Positions 31,501 through 46,400 of a DNA stretch of 64,000 nt are shown one piece after another (position 1 is the first letter of the stretch; each line of letters begins with the position of its first letter). The position numbers were made by a program, and so were the translations under genes. The notes below the pieces were generated by a model. That model saw only the letters and a list, made by a program, of their open reading frames with translations. It was not told the DNA's origin and searched no databases. The stretch is from Eledone cirrhosa (lineage: Eukaryota), in NCBI GenBank assembly GCA_964016885.1, contig OZ024755.1, positions 44,826,001 to 44,890,000 on the forward strand. Direction: 5' to 3'.

Positions 31501-32859
31501 CAGTACCAACATATACTGTGTACCACAGTTGACAGTACCAACGTATACTGTGTACCACAGTTGACACTACCAACATATACTGTGTACCACAGTTGACAGT
31601 ACCAACATATACTGTGTACCACAGTTGACAGTACCAACATATACTGTGTACCATAGTTGACAGTATCAACGTATATGTGTACCACTGTTGTCAGTACTAA
31701 CATATGCCGTGTACCACAGTTGACAGTACCAACATATACTGTGTACCACAGTTGACAGTACCGACATATCTTGTGTACCTCAGTTGACAGTACCAACATA
31801 TACTGTGTACCACATTTGATAGTACCAACATATACTGTGTACCACAGTTGACAGTACCAACATATACTGTGTACCGCAGTTGAGAGTACCAACATATACT
31901 GTCTCCCACAGTTGACAGTACCAACATATACTGTGTACCACAGTTGACAGTACTAACATATACTGAGTACCACAGTTGACAGTACCAACATATTCTGTGT
32001 ACCACAGTTGACAGTACCAACATATACTGTGTACCACAGTGGACAGTACCAACAAATACTGGGTACCACAGTTGACAATACCATCATATACTGTGTACCA
32101 CAGTTGACACTACCAGCATAAACTGTGTACCAGAGTTGACAGTACCAACATATACTGTGTACCACAGTTGAAAGTACCAACGTATATTGTGTACCACAGT
32201 TCACAGTACCAACATATACTGTGTACCACAGTTGACAGTACCAAGATATAATGTGTACCACAGTTGACAGTACCAACGTATACTGTGTACCACATTTGAC
32301 AGTACCAACATGCACTGTGTACCACAGTTGAGAGTACCAACATATAGTGTGTACCACAGTTGGCAGTACCAACATATAATGGGTGCCACTGTTCACAGTA
32401 CCAACATATACTGTGTACCACAGTCGACAATACCAACGTATACTGTGTACCACAGTTGACAGTACCAACATATACTGTGTACCACATTTGACAGTACCAA
32501 CGTATACTGTGTAACACAGTTGACAATACCATCATATAGGGTGTACCACAGTTGACAGTACCAACATATACTGTGTACCACAGTTGACAGTATCATCATA
32601 TACTGTGTACCAGAGTTGACAGTACTAACATATACTGTGTACCACAGTTGACAGTACCAACATATACTGTGTACCACAGTTGACAGTACCAACGTATACT
32701 GTGTACCACAGTTGACATTACCAACGTATACTGTGTACCACAGTGGACAGTACCAACGTATATGTGTACAACATATTGACAGTACCAACATATACTGTGT
32801 ACCACAGATGACAGTACCAACATATACTGTGTACCACAGTTGACAGTACCAACATATAC

Positions 32860-35800
32860 TGTGTACCACAGTTGACAGTACTAACATATACTGTGTCCCA
32901 AATTTGAGTGTACAAATATATACTGTGTACCTCAGTTGACGATATCAACATATACTGTGTACCACAGTTGACAGTACCAACATATACTGTGTACCACAGT
33001 TGACAGTACCAACGTATACTGTGTACCACAGTTGACAGTACCAACTTATACTGTGTACCACAGTTGACAGTTCTAATATATACTGTGTACCACAGTTGAG
33101 AGTACCGACATATACTGTGTACCACAGTTGACAGTACTAACATATACTGTGTACCACAGTTGACAGTATCCACGTATGTGTACCACAGTTGACAGTATCA
33201 ACGTATATCTGTACCACATATTGACAGTACCAACATATACTGTGTACCACAGTTGACAGTACCAACGTATACTGTGTACCACAGTTGCCATTACCAACGT
33301 ATACTGTGTACCACAGTGGACAGTACCAACGTATATGTGTACAACATATTGACAGTACCAACATATACTGTGTACCACAGTTGACAGTACCAACATATAC
33401 TGTGTACCACAGTTGACAGTACCAACATATACTGTGTACCACAGTTGACAGTACTAACATATACTGTGTACCACAGTTGAGAGTACCAATATATACTGTG
33501 TACCTCAGTTGACGATATCAACATATACTGTGTACCACAGTTGACAGTACCAACATATACTGTGTACCAGAGTTGACAGTACTAACATATACTGTGTACC
33601 ACAGTTGACAGTACCATCATATACTGTGTACCACAGTTGACACTACCAACATAAACTAATTACCACAGTTGACAGTACCAACATATACTGTGTACCACTG
33701 TTGAAAGTACCAACGTATACTGTGTACCACAGTTGACAGTACCAACATATACTGTGTACCACAGTTGACAGTACCAACATATACTGTGTACCACAGTTGA
33801 CAGTACCAACGTATACTGTGTACCACAGTTGACAGTACCAACATATACTGTGTACCACAGTTGAGAGTACCAACGTATATGTGTACAACATATTGACAGT
33901 ACCAACATATACTGTGTACCACATTTGACAGTACCATCATATACTGACTACCACAGTTGACAGTACCAACGTATACTGTGTACCAGAGTTAACAGTACCA
34001 ACATATACTGTGTACCACTGTTGACAGTATCAACATATACTGTGTACCAGAGTTGACAGCACCAACATATACTGTGTACCACAGTTGACAGTAGCAACAT
34101 ATACTGTGTATCACATTTGAGAGAACCAACATATATAGTGTACCAGAGTTGACAGTACCAACATATACTGTGTACCACTGTTGACAGTACCAACATATAC
34201 TGTGTACCACAGTTGACAGTACCAACGTATACTGTGTACCACAGTTGACAGTACCAACTTATACTGTGTACCACAGTTGACAGTACTAATATATACTGTG
34301 TACCAAAGTTGAGAGTACCAACATATACTGTGTACCACAGTTGACAGTACTAACATATACTGTGTACCACAGTTGACAGTATCCACGTATGTGTACCACA
34401 GTTGACAGTATCAACGTATATCTGTACCACATATTGACAGTACCAACATATACTGTGTACCACAGTTGACAGTACCAACGTATACTGTGTACCACAGTTG
34501 ACAGTACCAACATATACTGTGTACCACAGTTGACAGTACCAATGTATACTGTGTACCACAGTTGACATTACCAAGGTATACTGTGTACAAACAGTGGACA
34601 GTACCAACGTATATGTGTACAACATATTGAGAGTACCAACATATACTGTGTACCACAGTTGACAGTACCAACATATACTGTGTACCACAGTTGACAGTAC
34701 CAACATATACTGTGTACCACAGTTGGCAGTACCAACATATACTGTGTACCACAGTTGAGAGTACCAACATATACTGTGTACCACAGTTGACAGTACCAAC
34801 ATATATTGTGTACCACAGTTGACAGTACCAACATATACTGTGTACCACATTTGACAATACCAACGTATTCTGTGTACCACAGTTGACAATACCATCATAT
34901 AGGGTGTTTCCACAGTTGACAGTACCAACATATACTGTGTACCACATTTGACAGTACCATCATATACTGACTACCACAGTTGACAGTACCAACGTATAAT
35001 GTGTACCAGAGTTAACAGTACCAACATATACTGTGTACCACTGTTGACACTACCAACATATACTGTGTACCAGAGTTGACAGTACCAACATATTCTGTGT
35101 ACCACAGTTGACAGTACCAACATATACTGTGTATCACAGTTGACAGTACTAACATATACTGTGTACCAGAGTTGACAGTACCAACATATACTGTTTACCA
35201 CAGTTGACAGTACCAACGTATACTGTGTACCAATGTTGACAGTACCAACGTATACTGTGTACCACAGTTAACAGTACCAACATATACTGTGTACCACAGT
35301 TGACAGTACCAACGTATACTGTGTACCACTGTTGACAGTACCAACATATACAGTGTAACACAGTTGACAGTACCAACATATACTGTGTACCACAGTTGAC
35401 AGTACCAACATATACTGTGTACCATAGTTGTCAGTACCAACATATACTGTGTACCACAGTTGACAGTAACAACATATACTGTGTACCACAGTTGACAGTA
35501 CCAACGTATACTGTGTACCACAGTTGACAGTACCAACTTATACTGTGTACCACAGTTGACAGTTCTAATATATACTGTGTACCACAGTTGAGAGTACCGA
35601 CATATACTGTGTACCACAGTTGACAGTACTAACATATACTGTGTCCCAAATTTGAGTGTACAAATATATACTGTGTACCTCAGTTGACGATATCAACATA
35701 TACTGTGTACCACAGTTGACAGTACCAACATATACTGTGTACCACAGTTGACAGTACCAACGTATACTGTGTACCACAGTTGACAGTACCAACTTATACT

Positions 35801-38360
35801 GTGTACCACTGTTGACAGTTCTAATATATACTGTGTACCACAGTTGAGAGTACCGACATATACTGTGTACCACAGTTGACAGTACTAACATATACTGTGT
35901 ACCACAGTTGACAGTATCCACGTATGTGTACCACAGTTGACAGTATCAACGTATATCTGTACCACATATTGACAGTACCAACATATACTGTGTACCACAG
36001 TTGACAGTACCAACGTATACTGTGTACCACAGTTGACAGTACCAACATATACTGTGTACCACAGTTGACAGTACCAACGTATACTGTGTACCACAGTTGC
36101 CATTACCAACGTATACTGTGTACCACAGTGGACAGTACCAACGTATATGTGTACAACATATTGACAGTACCAACATATACTGTGTACCACAGTTGACAGT
36201 ACCAACATATACTGTGTACCACAGTTGACAGTACAAACATATACTGTGTACCACAGTTGACAGTACTAACATATACTGTGTACCACAGTTGAGAGTACCA
36301 ATATATACTGTGTACCTCAGTTGACGATATCAACATATACTGTGTACCACAGTTGACAGTACCAACATATACTGTGTACCAGAGTTGACAGTACTAACAT
36401 ATACTGTGTACCACAGTTGACAGTACCATCATATACTGTGTACCACAGTTGACACTACCAACATAAACTGTGTACCACAGTTGACAGTACCAACATATAC
36501 TGTGTATACTGTTGAAAGTACCAACGTATACTGTGTACCACAGTTGACAGTACCAACATATACTGTGTACCACAGTTGACAGTACCAACATATACTGTGT
36601 ACCACAGTTGACAGTACCAACGTATACTGTGTACCACAGTTGACAGTACCAACATATACTGTGTACCACAGTTGAGAGTACCAACGTATATGTGTACAAC
36701 ATATTGACAGTACCAACATATACTGTGTACCACATTTGACAGTACCATCATATACTGACTACCACAGTTGACAGTACCAACGTATACTGTGTACCAGAGT
36801 TAACAGTACCAACATATACTGTGTACCACTGTTGACAGTATCAACATATACTGTGTACCAGAGTTGACAGCACCAACATATACTGTGTACCACAGTTGAC
36901 AGTAGCAACATATACTGTGTATCACATTTGAGAGAACCAACATATATAGTGTACCAGAGTTGACAGTACCAACATATACTGTGTACCACTGTTGACAGTA
37001 CCAACATATACTGTGTACCACAGTTGACAGTACCAACGTATACTGTGTACCACAGTTGACAGTACCAACTTATACTGTGTACCACAGTTGACAGTACTAA
37101 TATATACTGTGTACCAAAGTTGAGAGTACCAACATATACTGTGTACCACAGTTGACAGTACTAACATATACTGTGTACCACAGTTGACAGTATCCACGTA
37201 TGTGTACCACAGTTGACAGTATCAACGTATATCTGTACCACATATTGACAGTACCAACATATAGTGTGTACCAGAGTTGACAGTACCAACGTATACTGTG
37301 TACCACAGATGACAGTACCAACATATACTGTGTACCACAGTTGACAGTACCAATGTATACTGTGTACCACAGTTGACATTACCAAGGTATACTGTGTACA
37401 AACAGTGGACAGTACCAACGTATATGTGTACAACATATTGACAGTACCAACATATACTGTGTACCACAGTTGACAGTACCAACATATACTGTGTACCACA
37501 GTTGACAGTACCAACATATACTGTGTACCACAGTTGACAGTACCAACGTATACTGTGTACCACAGTTGACAGTACCAACATATACTGTGTACCAGAGTTG
37601 GCAGTACCAACATATACTGTGTACCACAGTTGAGAGTACCAACATATACTGTGTACCACAGTTGACAGTACCAACATATATTGTGTACCACAGTTGACAG
37701 TACCAACATATACTGTGTACCACATTTGACAATACCAACGTATTCTGTGTACCACAGTTGACAATACCATCATATAGGGTGTTTCCACAGTTGACAGTAC
37801 CAACATATACTGTGTACCACATTTGACAGTACCATCATATACTGACTACCACATTTGACAGTACCAACGTATAATGTGTACCAGAGTTAACAGTACCAAC
37901 ATATACTGTGTACCACTGTTGACAGTACCAACATATACTGTGTACCAGAGTTGACAGTACCAACATATTCTGTGTACCACAGTTGACAGTACCAACATAT
38001 ACTGTGTATCACAGTTGACAGTACTAACATATACTGTGTACCAGAGTTGACAGTACCAACATATACTGTTTACCACAGTTGACAGTACCAACGTATACTG
38101 TGTACCAATGTTGACAGTACCAACGTATACTGTGTACCACAGTTAACAGTACCAACATATACTGTGTACCACAGTTGACAGTACCAACGTATACTGTGTA
38201 CCACTGTTGACAGTACCAACATATACAGTGTAACACAGTTGACAGTACCAACATATACTGTGTACCACAGTTGACAGTACCAACATATACTGTGTACCAT
38301 AGTTGTCAGTACCAACATATACTGTGTACCACAGTTGACAGTAACAACATATACTGTGTA
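32860..38360 (+). repeat. Older tandem duplication ~32.86-35.48 kb and ~35.61-38.36 kb (offset 2,748-2,875 bp)
   Basis: Private marker GTCCCAAATTTGAGTG at 32895 and 35643. ORF pairs 33291/36103 (2812), 33948/36759 (2811), 34971/37846 (2875). Variants GAGAACC and GGGTGTTTCC are shared. Confidence 0.85.
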
Positions 38361-41300
38361 CCATAGTTGACAGTACCAACGTATACTCTGTACCACAGTT
38401 GACAGTACCAACATATACCGTGTACCACAGTTGATAGTACCAACATATACTGTGTACCAGATTTGACAGTACCAACATATACTGTGTACCACTGTTGACA
38501 GTACCAACATATACTGTGTACCACAGTTGACAGTACCAACGTATACTGTGTACCAATGTTGACAGTACCAACATATACTGTGTACCACAGTTGGCAGTAC
38601 CAACATATACTGTGTACCACAGTTGAGAGTACCAACATATACTGTGTACCACAGTTGACAGTACCAACATATATTGTGTACCACAGTTGACAGTACCAAC
38701 ATATACTGTGTACCACATTTGACAATACCAACGTATTCTGTGTACCACAGTTGACAATACCATCATATAGGGTGTTTCCACAGTTGACAGTACCAACATA
38801 TACTGTGTACCACATTTGACAGTACCATCATATACTGACTACCACAGTTGACAGTACCAACGTATAATGTGTACCAGAGTTAACAGTACCAACATATACT
38901 GTGTACCACTGTTGACACTACCAACATATACTGTGTACCAGAGTTGACAGTACCAACATATTCTGTGTACCACAGTTGACAGTACCAACATATACTGTGT
39001 ATCACAGTTGACAGTACTAACATATACTGTGTACCAGAGTTGACAGTACCAACATATACTGTTTACCACAGTTGACAGTACCAACGTATACTGTGTACCA
39101 ATGTTGACAGTACCAACGTATACTGTGTACCACAGTTAACAGTACCAACATATACTGTGTACCACAGTTGACAGTACCAACGTATACTGTGTACCACTGT
39201 TGACAGTACCAACATATACAGTGTAACACAGTTGACAGTACCAACATATACTGTGTACCACAGTTGACAGTACCAACATATACTGTGTACCATAGTTGTC
39301 AGTACCAACATATACTGTGTACCACAGTTGACAGTAACAACATATACTGTGTACCACAGTTGACAGTACCAACGTATACTGTGTACCACAGTTGACAGTA
39401 CCAACTTATACTGTGTACCACAGTTGACAGTTCTAATATATACTGTGTACCACAGTTGAGAGTACCGACATATACTGTGTACCACAGTTGACAGTACTAA
39501 CATATACTGTGTCCCAAATTTGAGTGTACAAATATATACTGTGTACCTCAGTTGACGATATCAACATATACTGTGTACCACAGTTGACAGTACCAACATA
39601 TACTGTGTACCACAGTTGACAGTACCAACGTATACTGTGTACCACAGTTGACAGTACCAACTTATACTGTGTACCACTGTTGACAGTTCTAATATATACT
39701 GTGTACCACAGTTGAGAGTACCGACATATACTGTGTACCACAGTTGACAGTACTAACATATACTGTGTACCACAGTTGACAGTATCCACGTATGTGTACC
39801 ACAGTTGACAGTATCAACGTATATCTGTACCACATATTGACAGTACCAACATATACTGTGTACCACAGTTGACAGTACCAACGTATACTGTGTACCACAG
39901 TTGACAGTACCAACATATACTGTGTACCACAGTTGACAGTACCAACGTATACTGTGTACCACAGTTGCCATTACCAACGTATACTGTGTACCACAGTGGA
40001 CAGTACCAACGTATATGTGTACAACATATTGACAGTACCAACATATACTGTGTACCACAGTTGACAGTACCAACATATACTGTGTACCACAGTTGACAGT
40101 ACAAACATATACTGTGTACCACAGTTGACAGTACTAACATATACTGTGTACCACAGTTGAGAGTACCAATATATACTGTGTACCTCAGTTGACGATATCA
40201 ACATATACTGTGTACCACAGTTGACAGTACCAACATATACTGTGTACCAGAGTTGACAGTACTAACATATACTGTGTACCACAGTTGACAGTACCATCAT
40301 ATACTGTGTACCACAGTTGACACTACCAACATAAACTGTGTACCACAGTTGACAGTACCAACATATACTGTGTACCACTGTTGAAAGTACCAACGTATAC
40401 TGTGTACCACAGTTGACAGTACCAACATATACTGTGTACCACAGTTGACAGTACCAACATATACTGTGTACCACAGTTGACAGTACCAACGTATACTGTG
40501 TACCACAGTTGACAGTACCAACATATACTGTGTACCACAGTTGAGAGTACCAACGTATATGTGTACAACATATTGACAGTACCAACATATACTGTGTACC
40601 ACATTTGACAGTACCATCATATACTGACTACCACAGTTGACAGTACCAACGTATACTGTGTACCAGAGTTAACAGTACCAACATATACTGTGTACCACTG
40701 TTGACAGTATCAACATATACTGTGTACCAGAGTTGACAGCACCAACATATACTGTGTACCACAGTTGACAGTAGCAACATATACTGTGTATCACATTTGA
40801 GAGAACCAACATATATAGTGTACCAGAGTTGACAGTACCAACATATACTGTGTACCACTGTTGACAGTACCAACATATACTGTGTACCACAGTTGACAGT
40901 ACCAACGTATACTGTGTACCACAGTTGACAGTACCAACTTATACTGTGTACCACAGTTGACAGTACTAATATATACTGTGTACCAAAGTTGAGAGTACCA
41001 ACATATACTGTGTACCACAGTTGACAGTACTAACATATACTGTGTACCACAGTTGACAGTATCCACGTATGTGTACCACAGTTGACAGTATCAACGTATA
41101 TCTGTACCACATATTGACAGTACCAACATATAGTGTGTACCAGAGTTGACAGTACCAACGTATACTGTGTACCACAGATGACAGTACCAACATATACTGT
41201 GTACCACAGTTGACAGTACCAATGTATACTGTGTACCACAGTTGACATTACCAAGGTATACTGTGTACAAACAGTGGACAGTACCAACGTATATGTGTAC

Positions 41301-42420
41301 AACATATTGACAGTACCAACATATACTGTGTACCACAGTTGACAGTACCAACATATACTGTGTACCACAGTTGACAGTACCAACATATACTGTGTACCAC
41401 AGTTGACAGTACCAACGTATACTGTGTACCACAGTTGACAGTACCAACATATACTGTGTACCAGAGTTGGCAGTACCAACATATACTGTGTACCACAGTT
41501 GAGAGTACCAACATATACTGTGTACCACAGTTGACAGTACCAACATATATTGTGTACCACAGTTGACAGTACCAACATATACTGTGTACCACATTTGACA
41601 ATACCAACGTATTCTGTGTACCACAGTTGACAATACCATCATATAGGGTGTTTCCACAGTTGACAGTACCAACATATACTGTGTACCACATTTGACAGTA
41701 CCATCATATACTGACTACCACATTTGACAGTACCAACGTATAATGTGTACCAGAGTTAACAGTACCAACATATACTGTGTACCACTGTTGACAGTACCAA
41801 CATATACTGTGTACCAGAGTTGACAGTACCAACATATTCTGTGTACCACAGTTGACAGTACCAACATATACTGTGTATCACAGTTGACAGTACTAACATA
41901 TACTGTGTACCAGAGTTGACAGTACCAACATATACTGTTTACCACAGTTGACAGTACCAACGTATACTGTGTACCAATGTTGACAGTACCAACGTATACT
42001 GTGTACCACAGTTAACAGTACCAACATATACTGTGTACCACAGTTGACAGTACCAACGTATACTGTGTACCACTGTTGACAGTACCAACATATACAGTGT
42101 AACACAGTTGACAGTACCAACATATACTGTGTACCACAGTTGACAGTACCAACATATACTGTGTACCATAGTTGTCAGTACCAACATATACTGTGTACCA
42201 CAGTTGACAGTAACAACATATACTGTGTACCATAGTTGACAGTACCAACGTATACTCTGTACCACAGTTGACAGTACCAACATATACCGTGTACCACAGT
42301 TGATAGTACCAACATATACTGTGTACCAGATTTGACAGTACCAACATATACTGTGTACCACTGTTGACAGTACCAACATATACTGTGTACCACAGTTGAC
42401 AGTACCAACGTATACTGTGT
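34700..42420 (+). repeat. Near-perfect tandem duplication ~34.70-38.55 kb and ~38.57-42.42 kb (offset 3,868/3,869 bp, ~121 monomers)
   Basis: Identical ORFs at offset 3868 (34971/38839, 35149/39017, 35565/39433, 36103/39971), then 3869 (36759/40628, 37097/40966, 37846/41715, 38024/41893). The only difference I noticed is GTATACTG (~36504) vs GTACCACTG (~40372). Confidence 0.93.
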
Positions 42421-43489
42421 ACCAGAGTTAACAGTACCAACATATACTGTGTACCACTGTTGACAGTACCAACATATACTGTGTACCACACTTGACAGTA
42501 CCAACGTATACTGTGTACCACAATTGACAGTACCAACATATACAGTGTACCAGAGTTGACAGTACTAATATATAATGTGTACCACAGTTGACAGTACAAA
42601 CATATACTGTGAACCACAGTTGACAGTACTAACATATACTGTGTACCACAGTTGACAGTACCAACGTATACTGTGTACCAAAGTTGACAGTATCCACGTA
42701 TATGTGTACCACATATTCACAGTACCAACATATACTGGTTACCACAGTTGAGAGTACCAACGTATACTGTGTACCACAGTTGACAGTACCAACGTATACT
42801 GTGTACGACAGTTGACAGTACCAACATATACTGTGTACCACAGTTGACAGTACCAACGTATACTGTGTACCAAAGTTGACAGTATCAACGTATATGTGTA
42901 CCACATATTGACAGTACCAACATATACTGTGTACCACAGTTGACAGTACCAACGTATACTGTGTACCACAGTTGACAGTACCAACGTATACTGTGTACAA
43001 CAGTTGACAGTACCAACATATACTGTGTACCTCAGTTGACAGTAGCAACATATATTGTGTACCTCAGTTGACAGTATAAACATATACTGTGAACCACAGT
43101 TGACAGTACCAACATATACTGTGTACCATAGTTGACAGTACTAACATATACTGTGTACCACATTTGAGAGTACCAACATATACTGTGTACCTCAGTTCAC
43201 AGTATCAACATATAATGTGTACCACATTTGACAGTAACAACATATACTGTGTACCACAGTTTAGAGTACCAACATATACTGTGTATCACAGTTGACAGTA
43301 CCAACATATACCGTGTACCACAGTTGAGAGTACCTACATATACTGTGTACCACAGTTGACAGTACCAACATATACTGTGTACCACAGTTGACAGTACCAA
43401 CATATACTGTGTACCAGAGTTGACAGTACCAACATATACTGTGTACCACAGTTGACAGTACCAACATATACCGTGTACCACAGTTGACA

Positions 43490-46400
43490 GTACCAACGTA
43501 TACTGTGTACCACAGTTGACAGTACCAACATATAATATGTACCACCGTTGACAGTACCAACATATACTGTGTATCACAGTTGACAGTACCAACATATACC
43601 GTGTTACCACAGTTGAGAGTACCAACATATACTGTGTACCACAGTTGACAGTACCAACATATAATGTGTACCATTGTTGACAGTACCAACGTATACTGTG
43701 TACCACATTTAACAGTTCCAACATATACTGTGTACCACAGTTATCAGTACCAACGTACACTGTGTACCACTGTTGACAGTACCAATATATACAGTGTACC
43801 ACAGTTGACAGTACCAACATATACTGTGTACCACAGTTAACAGTACCAACATATACCATGTACCACAGTTGACAGTACCAATATATACTGTGTACCACAG
43901 TTGAAAGTACCAATGTATACTGTGTACCACAGTTGACAGTATCAACATATGCTGTGTACCACAGTTGACAGTACCAACATATACTGTGTACGACAGTTGA
44001 CAGTACCAACGTATACTGTGTACCACAGTTGACAGTACCAACATATACTGTGTACCACAGTTGACTGTACCAACATATACTGTGTACCACAGTTGGCAGT
44101 ACCAACATATACTGTGTACCACATTTGACAGTACCAACATATATTGTGTACCACAGTTGACAGTACCATAATATACTGTGTACCACAGTTGACAGTACCA
44201 ACATATACTGTGTACCACAGTTGACAGTACCAACGTATACTGTGTACCACAGTTGACAGTACCAACATATACTGTGTACCACAGTTGGCAGTACCAACAT
44301 ATATTGTGTATCACATTTGACAGTACCAAAAAATAAAGTGTACCACAGTTGACAGTACCAACATATACTGTGTACCACAGTTGACAGTACCAACATATAC
44401 TGTGTACCATAGTTGACAGTACCAACGTATACTGCGTACCACAGTTGACAGTACCAACATATACTGTGTACCACAGTTGACAGTACCAACATATACTGTG
44501 TACCATAGTTGACAGTATCAACGTATATGTGTACCACTGTTGTCAGTACTACCATATGCCGTGTACCGCAGTTGACAGTACCAACATATACTGTGTACCA
44601 CAGTTGACAGTACCGACATATCCTGTGTACCTCAGTTGACAGTACCAACATATACTGTGTACCACAGTTGACAGTACCAACATATACTGTGTACCACAGT
44701 TGAGAGTACCAACATATACTGTCTCCCACAGTTGACAGTACCAACATATACTGTGTACCACAGTTGACAGTACTAACATATACTGTGTACCACAGTTGAC
44801 AGTACAAACATATTCTGTGTACCACAGTTGGCAGTACCAACATATACTGTGTAGCACAGTTGACAGTACCAACATATACTGGGTACCACAGTTGACAATA
44901 CCATCATATACTGTGTACCACAGTTGACACTACCAGCATAAACTGTGTACCAGAGTTGACAGTACCAACATATACTGTGTACCACAGTTGAAAGTACCAA
45001 CGTATATTGTGTACCACAGTTGACAGTACCAACATATACTGTGTACCACAGTTGACAGTACCAACATATACTGTGTACCACAGTTGACAGTAACAACGTA
45101 TACTGTGTACCACATTTGACAGTACCAACATGCACTGTGTACCACAGTTGACAGTACCAACATATAGTGTGTACCACAGTTGGCAGTACCAACATATAAT
45201 GGGTGCCACTGTTCACAGTACCAACATATACTGTGTACCACAGTCGACAATACCAACGTATACTGTGTACCACAGTTGACAGTACCAACATATACTGTGT
45301 ACCACAGTTGACAGTACCAACGTATACTGTGTACAACAGTTGACAATACCATCATATAGGGTGTACCAGAGTTGACAGTACCAACATATACTGTGTACCA
45401 CAGTTGACAGTACCAACATATACCGTGTACCACAGTTGACAGTACCAACGTATACTGTGTACCACAGTTGACAGTACCAACATATAATGTGTACCACCGT
45501 AGACAGTACCAACATATACTGTGTATCACAGTTGACAGTACCAACATATACCGTGTTACCACAGTTGAGAGTACCAACATATACTGTGTACCACAGTTGA
45601 CAGTACCAACATATAATGTGTACCACTGTTGACAGTACCAACGTATACTGTGTACCACATTTAACAGTTCCAACATATACTGTGTACCACAGTTATCAGT
45701 ACCAACGTACACTGTGTACCACTGTTGACAGTACCAACATATACAGTGTACCACAGTTGACAGTACCAACATATACTGTGTACCACAGGTAACAGTACCA
45801 ACATATACCGTGTACCACAGTTGACAGTACCAACATATACTGTGTACCACAGTTGAAAGTACCAACGTATACTGTGTACCACAGTTGACAGTATCAACAT
45901 ATACTGTGTACCACAGTTGACAGTACCAACATATACTGTGTACGACAGTTGACAGTACCAACGTATACTGTGTACCACAGTTGACAGTACTAACGTATAC
46001 TGTGTACCACAGTTGACAATACCAACATATACTGTGTACCACAGTTGACATTACCATCATGTACTGTGTACCACAGTTGACAGTACCAACATATACTGTG
46101 TACCACAGTTGACAGTACCAACATATACTGTGTACCACAGTTGAGAGTACCAACATATACTGTGTACCACAGTTGACAGTACCAACATATACTGTGTACC
46201 ACAGTTGGCAGTACCAACATATACCGTTTATCACATTTGACAGTACCAAAAAATACAGTGTACCACAGTTGACAGTACCAACATATACTGTGTACCATAG
46301 TTGACAGTACCAACGTATACTGCGTACCACAGTTGACAGTACCAACATATACTGTGTACCACAGTTGACAGTACCAACATATACTGTGTACCATAGTTGA

